Shown piece after piece: positions 59,823 to 64,000 of a stretch of 64,000 bases of DNA (its first letter is position 1; the number at the start of each line of letters is the position of its first letter). Under the pieces are notes generated by a model. The model saw only the letters and a program-made list of their open reading frames with translations. It was not told the origin of the DNA and did no database searches. Origin of the DNA: Alphaproteobacteria bacterium (GTDB taxonomy: Bacteria > Pseudomonadota > Alphaproteobacteria > JAAXGF01); assembly GCA_963555825.3 (NCBI GenBank), contig CAUVXB020000001.1, positions 2,348,805 to 2,412,804 on the forward strand, given 5' to 3'. The translations under genes were made by a program, and so were the position numbers.

Positions 59823-61015
59823 TAGTGTCCTGATCGATAAATTGATATGATTATGTCTCTATTTGTTTTTAGGAGGCGCGATTGATGGCGAGAGTGGCGG
59901 TGACGATCTCTTTGAGCGATGACGAGCGCGCCGAATTGGAGGCGCTGTCTCGTCGTCGCAAGACGTCGCAGGGGCTTGCGCGGCGGGCTCGGATCGTCTT
60001 GGCGGCGGCGGAAGGGTTGGAGAACAAGGAGATCGCCGTTCGTCTCGAGGCGAGCGCGGACACCGTGGGCAAGTGGCGTCGCCGCTATGCGGCGGAGGGC
60101 CTCGACGGTCTGTACGACGAACCCCGCCCCGGCGCGCCGCGTCAAATCGGCGATGACGCCATCGCGGAAGCGGTCCGGCTGACGCTGGAAGAGACGCCGC
60201 CGGACGCGACCCATTGGAGCCTTCGCTCGATGGCGCGGGCGAGCGGCCACGCGCCCTCGACCATTCATCGCATCTGGCGGGCCTTCGGCTTGCAGCCGCA
60301 TCGCTCGGAGACCTTCAAGCTGTCGAGCGATCCCTTCTTCGTGGAGAAGGTCCGCGACATCGTCGGTCTGTATTTGGCGCCGCCGGATCGTGCCCTGGTT
60401 CTCTGTGTCGACGAAAAGAGCCAGATCCAGGCCCTGGACCGTTCCCAGCCCCTCTTGCCGATGCGCCCCGGGCAGGCGGAGCGGCGCAGCCACGACTACA
60501 AGCGCCACGGCACGACCTCTCTCTTCGCGGCCCTCGACATCGCCACGGGAGAGATCATCGGCAAATGTTTCCCGCGCCATCGGGCCCGAGAGTTCCGCAA
60601 ATTCCTCGACCTCGTCGAGGCGAACGTCCCTGCTGATCTCGACATCCACATCGTCATGGACAACTACGGGACCCACAAGACCAAGGCGATCCGCGACTGG
60701 TTCGCCAAACGGCCGCGCTGGCAGGCCCATTTCACACCCACCAGCGCCTCCTGGCTGAACCAGGTCGAGCGCTGGTTCGGGCTGCTGACCGACAAGCAGA
60801 TCAGGCGCGGCGTCCATCGCTCCACCAAGGAGTTGGAGCGCACCATCCTCGACTACATCGACACGACAAACCAGAACCCCAAACCCTTCAAATGGACCAA
60901 ATCCGCCGATGACATCCTCGGCGCCATCCAGCGCTTCTGCCTCCGAACAATCGAAATCGCTGAACAGCAGGCGAAAATCATGCGAACTTCGGTCGCCGAG
61001 GTAATCGGGACACTA
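59823..61015 (+). mobile_element. IS630 family element (single ORF from 59885)
   Basis: IRs TAGTGTCCTGAT/TAGTGTCCCGAT at CTAG; [30 protein letters not shown]. Confidence 0.92.
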
Positions 61016-61244
61016 GACACGGTTCCGTTTCTCAATTTCGAGCTCGGAGCGGTGGATGCGTTTCGGCGTCAGCCTGAGTGAGTATAGTGCCCGACAGACC
61101 CTCGCTCAACCGCGCGTAGCTTAGAAATAAATTGGTACCTATGAATTACTTGAATATTACCAGCGGCGTAGATTTCTGACTCGCGGGAAGGTGGGGGTCC
61201 CTTTTGGGTTTGATGTGATTCAAGGCTGGCGAAGGAGGTTCGCC

Positions 61245-61707
61245 ATGTCAGCATGCATTGCCCTTCGGGATGATTATGACAGCCTTGCGCTTCGGGACTT
61301 GGCTAGGCGCAGTCGCGATCTTCGCCAGGTTCGCCGCGGCTTTTGGCCTTGGCGGCGGTAAACGACGGCATGCGCCGCACGGAGCCGGCGAAGCTCGGCG
61401 GTATGGATCGCCAGACACTGAGAGATTGGGCGCATCACTTCAACGACGAAGGGCCAGATGCCCTGAAACACTATTCCGGTGCTGGCTGTCCCCGGCTCTT
61501 GACGCAAGAACAGATGAGCGAACTCTCTGCGATCGTGGAAATCGGCCCCGATCCAGAGGTAGACGGCATGGTTCGCTGGCAATGTATCGACCTGAAGCGG
61601 GTCATCGAAGAACGCTTTGGTTTGAATTTCAGCGAGCGGACACTCTCCGATCTGCTGGCGACGCTGTCCATCTCGCACATCAGAGGGTGTCTGACGTCAG
61701 CGCTTAA
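61245..61707 (+). pseudogene. IS630 family HTH orfA remnant
   Basis: GGMDRQTLRDW..FN.EGP, GPDPEVDGMVRW; frameshifted, with no DDE part. Confidence 0.75.
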
Positions 61708-62136
61708 GGGACAGATTGCGGGTATTGACTAGCGAAGAATTTCTGGCTCATCGTTACATGTGTCTCCTGAAATCTGCGTTAAGTGTATCAACCATGGCTT
61801 TCCGGACCGGAACTGGATACGTCACCGGTATACACCCAACCGCCATTCTTCTCCTTCTTTCAGCACTCCGCGACAACTTGCGCGGTCGCGCAACCCTTGA
61901 GCTCATTGCTCTTCGAGGCATTGTCAAGTTAATTGATTGTAGTTTGTTCTCGCCATTTCTCCATGAGACTAAGTCATAGAAATTGCGTAAAGCAGCAAGC
62001 GCTAGAACAGCAAACCCCAATTTACCGCGATTTGGGAGTGAATCCGGTTAACTTGACAAATCCCTTCAACCTGCAGGAACCCATCATCTTCGTAGCGCCG
62101 CTTTTGATCTTCGGTGAGAAGCATTGTCTTGATCTC

Positions 62137-63420
62137 TCAATGCCCGTAAATCGGGAAAGCTTGGCTCAGCACGTTGATACGTGCCAGTGCATTGGTTTCC
62201 ACAGTGTCGTTGCCAGCAGGAGAAGCTCGCAGGCCTTCCAGGACGTCGATGATGGTCTCGCCGATGAGCGTGAATTCCTGCGTTCCGAAGCCCCGGGTGG
62301 TCCCCGCCGACACACCAAGGCGCAAGCCCGAGGTCACAGCCGGCGGCTTCGGATCGAACGGAATGGCATTCTTGTTGGCGGTCAGGCCGGCGCGTTCGAG
62401 GCTCTCGCTGGCGACATCACCGGTCAGTTCGAGCGGCCGTAGATCGACGAGCATGAGCGGTGTGTCTGTGCCGCCAGTTACGACCGTAAGCCCGCCTGCC
62501 ACGAGGGTCTCGGCCAAAGCGCGGGCATTCTCCAGCACCCGCCTCGCATACATCTTAAATTCGGGCCTCAGCGCTTCGCCGAGGCACACGGCTTTCGCCG
62601 CGACGGCGTGGAGCAGAGGGCTCCCCTGCAGCCCCGGGAACATAGCCGAATCGAGTTTCAGGGCCAATGCTTCGTCATTGGTCAGGATCAGTCCGCCGCG
62701 TGCACCGCGAAGGCTCTTGTACGTCGTGGTCGTAACCACATCGGCATGTGGGATTGGACTTGCGTGAACCCCTCCGGCAACAAGTCCTGCGAAGTGCGCC
62801 ATATCGACGAGGAGGGCGCCGCCGCAGTCGTCCGCGATCGCGCGGAACCGTTCGAAATCGATCGTGCGCGGATAAGCCGACCCACCGGCGATGATCAACT
62901 TCGGAGCGTGCGCCGCCGCCAGGCGTTCGACCTCGTCGTAGTCGATCAGGCCGTCCTGGCGTCGAACACCGTAATGCTGCACGTCGAACCATTTGCCCGA
63001 AAGGTTGGGGGCGGCCCCGTGACTGAGATGTCCGCCCGAGGCCAGATCCATGCTGAGCAGTGTCTCCCCCGGTCGAATAAGCGCCAGCAAGACGGCGTGG
63101 TTGGCCTGACTTCCCGAATGCGGTTGCACGTTTGCGAAGGTGCAACCAAATAACCGGCAGGCGCGATCCACGGCCAATCTCTCGATGGCATCGACGTTCG
63201 TTGCGCCACCGTGATAGCGCCGACCCGGATAGCCCTCGATGGTCTTGTTGGTGAGGATCGATCCCTGGGCCTCGAGCACCGCTTGGCTGACTATGTTCTC
63301 GGAGGCGATCAGCTCGATCTGGTCGTTTTGGCGCGCCGCCTCGTCGGCGATCGCCGTTGCTACGTCCGGGTCCGTGTCGGCCAGTGACGCCGTGAAGTAA
63401 CCGGCGTGAGGTTCACTCAC
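62137..63420 (-). CDS. glyA: Serine hydroxymethyltransferase
   Basis: [44 protein letters not shown]. Confidence 0.93.
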   Translation of the reverse strand: MSEPHAGYFTASLADTDPDVATAIADEAARQNDQIELIASENIVSQAVLEAQGSILTNKTIEGYPGRRYHGGATNVDAIERLAVDRACRLFGCTFANVQPHSGSQANHAVLLALIRPGETLLSMDLASGGHLSHGAAPNLSGKWFDVQHYGVRRQDGLIDYDEVERLAAAHAPKLIIAGGSAYPRTIDFERFRAIADDCGGALLVDMAHFAGLVAGGVHASPIPHADVVTTTTYKSLRGARGGLILTNDEALALKLDSAMFPGLQGSPLLHAVAAKAVCLGEALRPEFKMYARRVLENARALAETLVAGGLTVVTGGTDTPLMLVDLRPLELTGDVASESLERAGLTANKNAIPFDPKPPAVTSGLRLGVSAGTTRGFGTQEFTLIGETIIDVLEGLRASPAGNDTVETNALARINVLSQAFPIYGH

Positions 63421-64000
63421 GCCGCGGCCCCCGCAAGCAGACAGTTGTCGGTCAGCGGTACGACCGGGCTCAGGTCCCGATGATGCTGATAGTCGGGCCG
63501 CTGATGACGTGTCAGCGCGTTGGAGACCGGATTGAGGATCAACGAAAAGATCATCCGGGGCCACGGCGACATGTTGATCGACGAACTGTGCACCAGCGTG
63601 TCCCCGAAGATAAGCGCCGTGCCGGGTGGCCCCTTGGCGGAGACCAGTCCGCCTTCGGCCACCAGGCCAGCGACGGTATCGTTGTCGATCACCCAGAGCG
63701 GATAGCTGGTGGTATCGGTGTCGAGCGTCGCGGGCACGGGGCCACGCTTGTGCGAACCCCGGATGAAGACCAGCGGGCCGTTGAACTCCGTCACCTCGTC
63801 GAGAAGGATATGGAGGTTCAGCGCCAGCGGTTCCGGCACACCGTCCTCCCCGCGATGGGTTGCGAAATCGTAGTGCCATTGCCAGACATCGCCGGAGAAC
63901 GCCTCCTTGGCGTTCACCTTGACCTGTTGGATATAGAGATCCTCGCCCAGGAGCTGTGTCGCCGGCACCACGAGGCGGGGGTGGCGCACCAGGTTGGCGT
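63417..64000 (-). CDS. PhyH/ectoine-hydroxylase-like 2OG dioxygenase (partial)
   Basis: [39 protein letters not shown]. Confidence 0.85.
   Translation of the reverse strand, partial: ANLVRHPRLVVPATQLLGEDLYIQQVKVNAKEAFSGDVWQWHYDFATHRGEDGVPEPLALNLHILLDEVTEFNGPLVFIRGSHKRGPVPATLDTDTTSYPLWVIDNDTVAGLVAEGGLVSAKGPPGTALIFGDTLVHSSSINMSPWPRMIFSLILNPVSNALTRHQRPDYQHHRDLSPVVPLTDNCLLAGAAA

Noticed and set aside
61716-62136. Short ORFs in the lower-GC stretch before glyA
   Set aside because: No recognisable motifs; probably decayed mobile DNA and cannot be supported

Overview
GC-rich alphaproteobacterial (Rhodospirillales-like) chromosomal window. Bases 1-40.7 kb are mostly core and metabolic genes: glnE, prfB with its +1 frameshift, mrcA-amiC-rne, bepA-like M48 protease, glpK, dsbA-like, amtB, mttB-like, two class III aminotransferases and several 2OG-Fe(II) oxygenases. 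A 3.8-kb islet (IS256 plus an AbiEi/AbiEii type IV toxin-antitoxin pair) sits in the 5' end of a PhyH gene. The intergenic spaces hold three kinds of structured non-coding DNA: a five-copy, same-orientation multi-hairpin element at stop codons, a 541-bp branched foldback element with terminal inverted repeats, and a REPIN-like cluster. From about 40.9 kb a tandem pair of tyrosine integrases opens a ~21-kb nest of IS elements (IS21, IS630 x4, IS3, IS110/IS1111, IS66, IS1380 x2). Within it, an IS1380 has carried a D-lactate-dehydrogenase-like gene by one-ended transposition into a DUF6765-like gene, leaving a 5-bp target duplication. The window ends in a PhyH-glyA operon. No rRNA, tRNA or CRISPR array was seen. 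All family assignments come from recognising motifs by eye, not from database searches.
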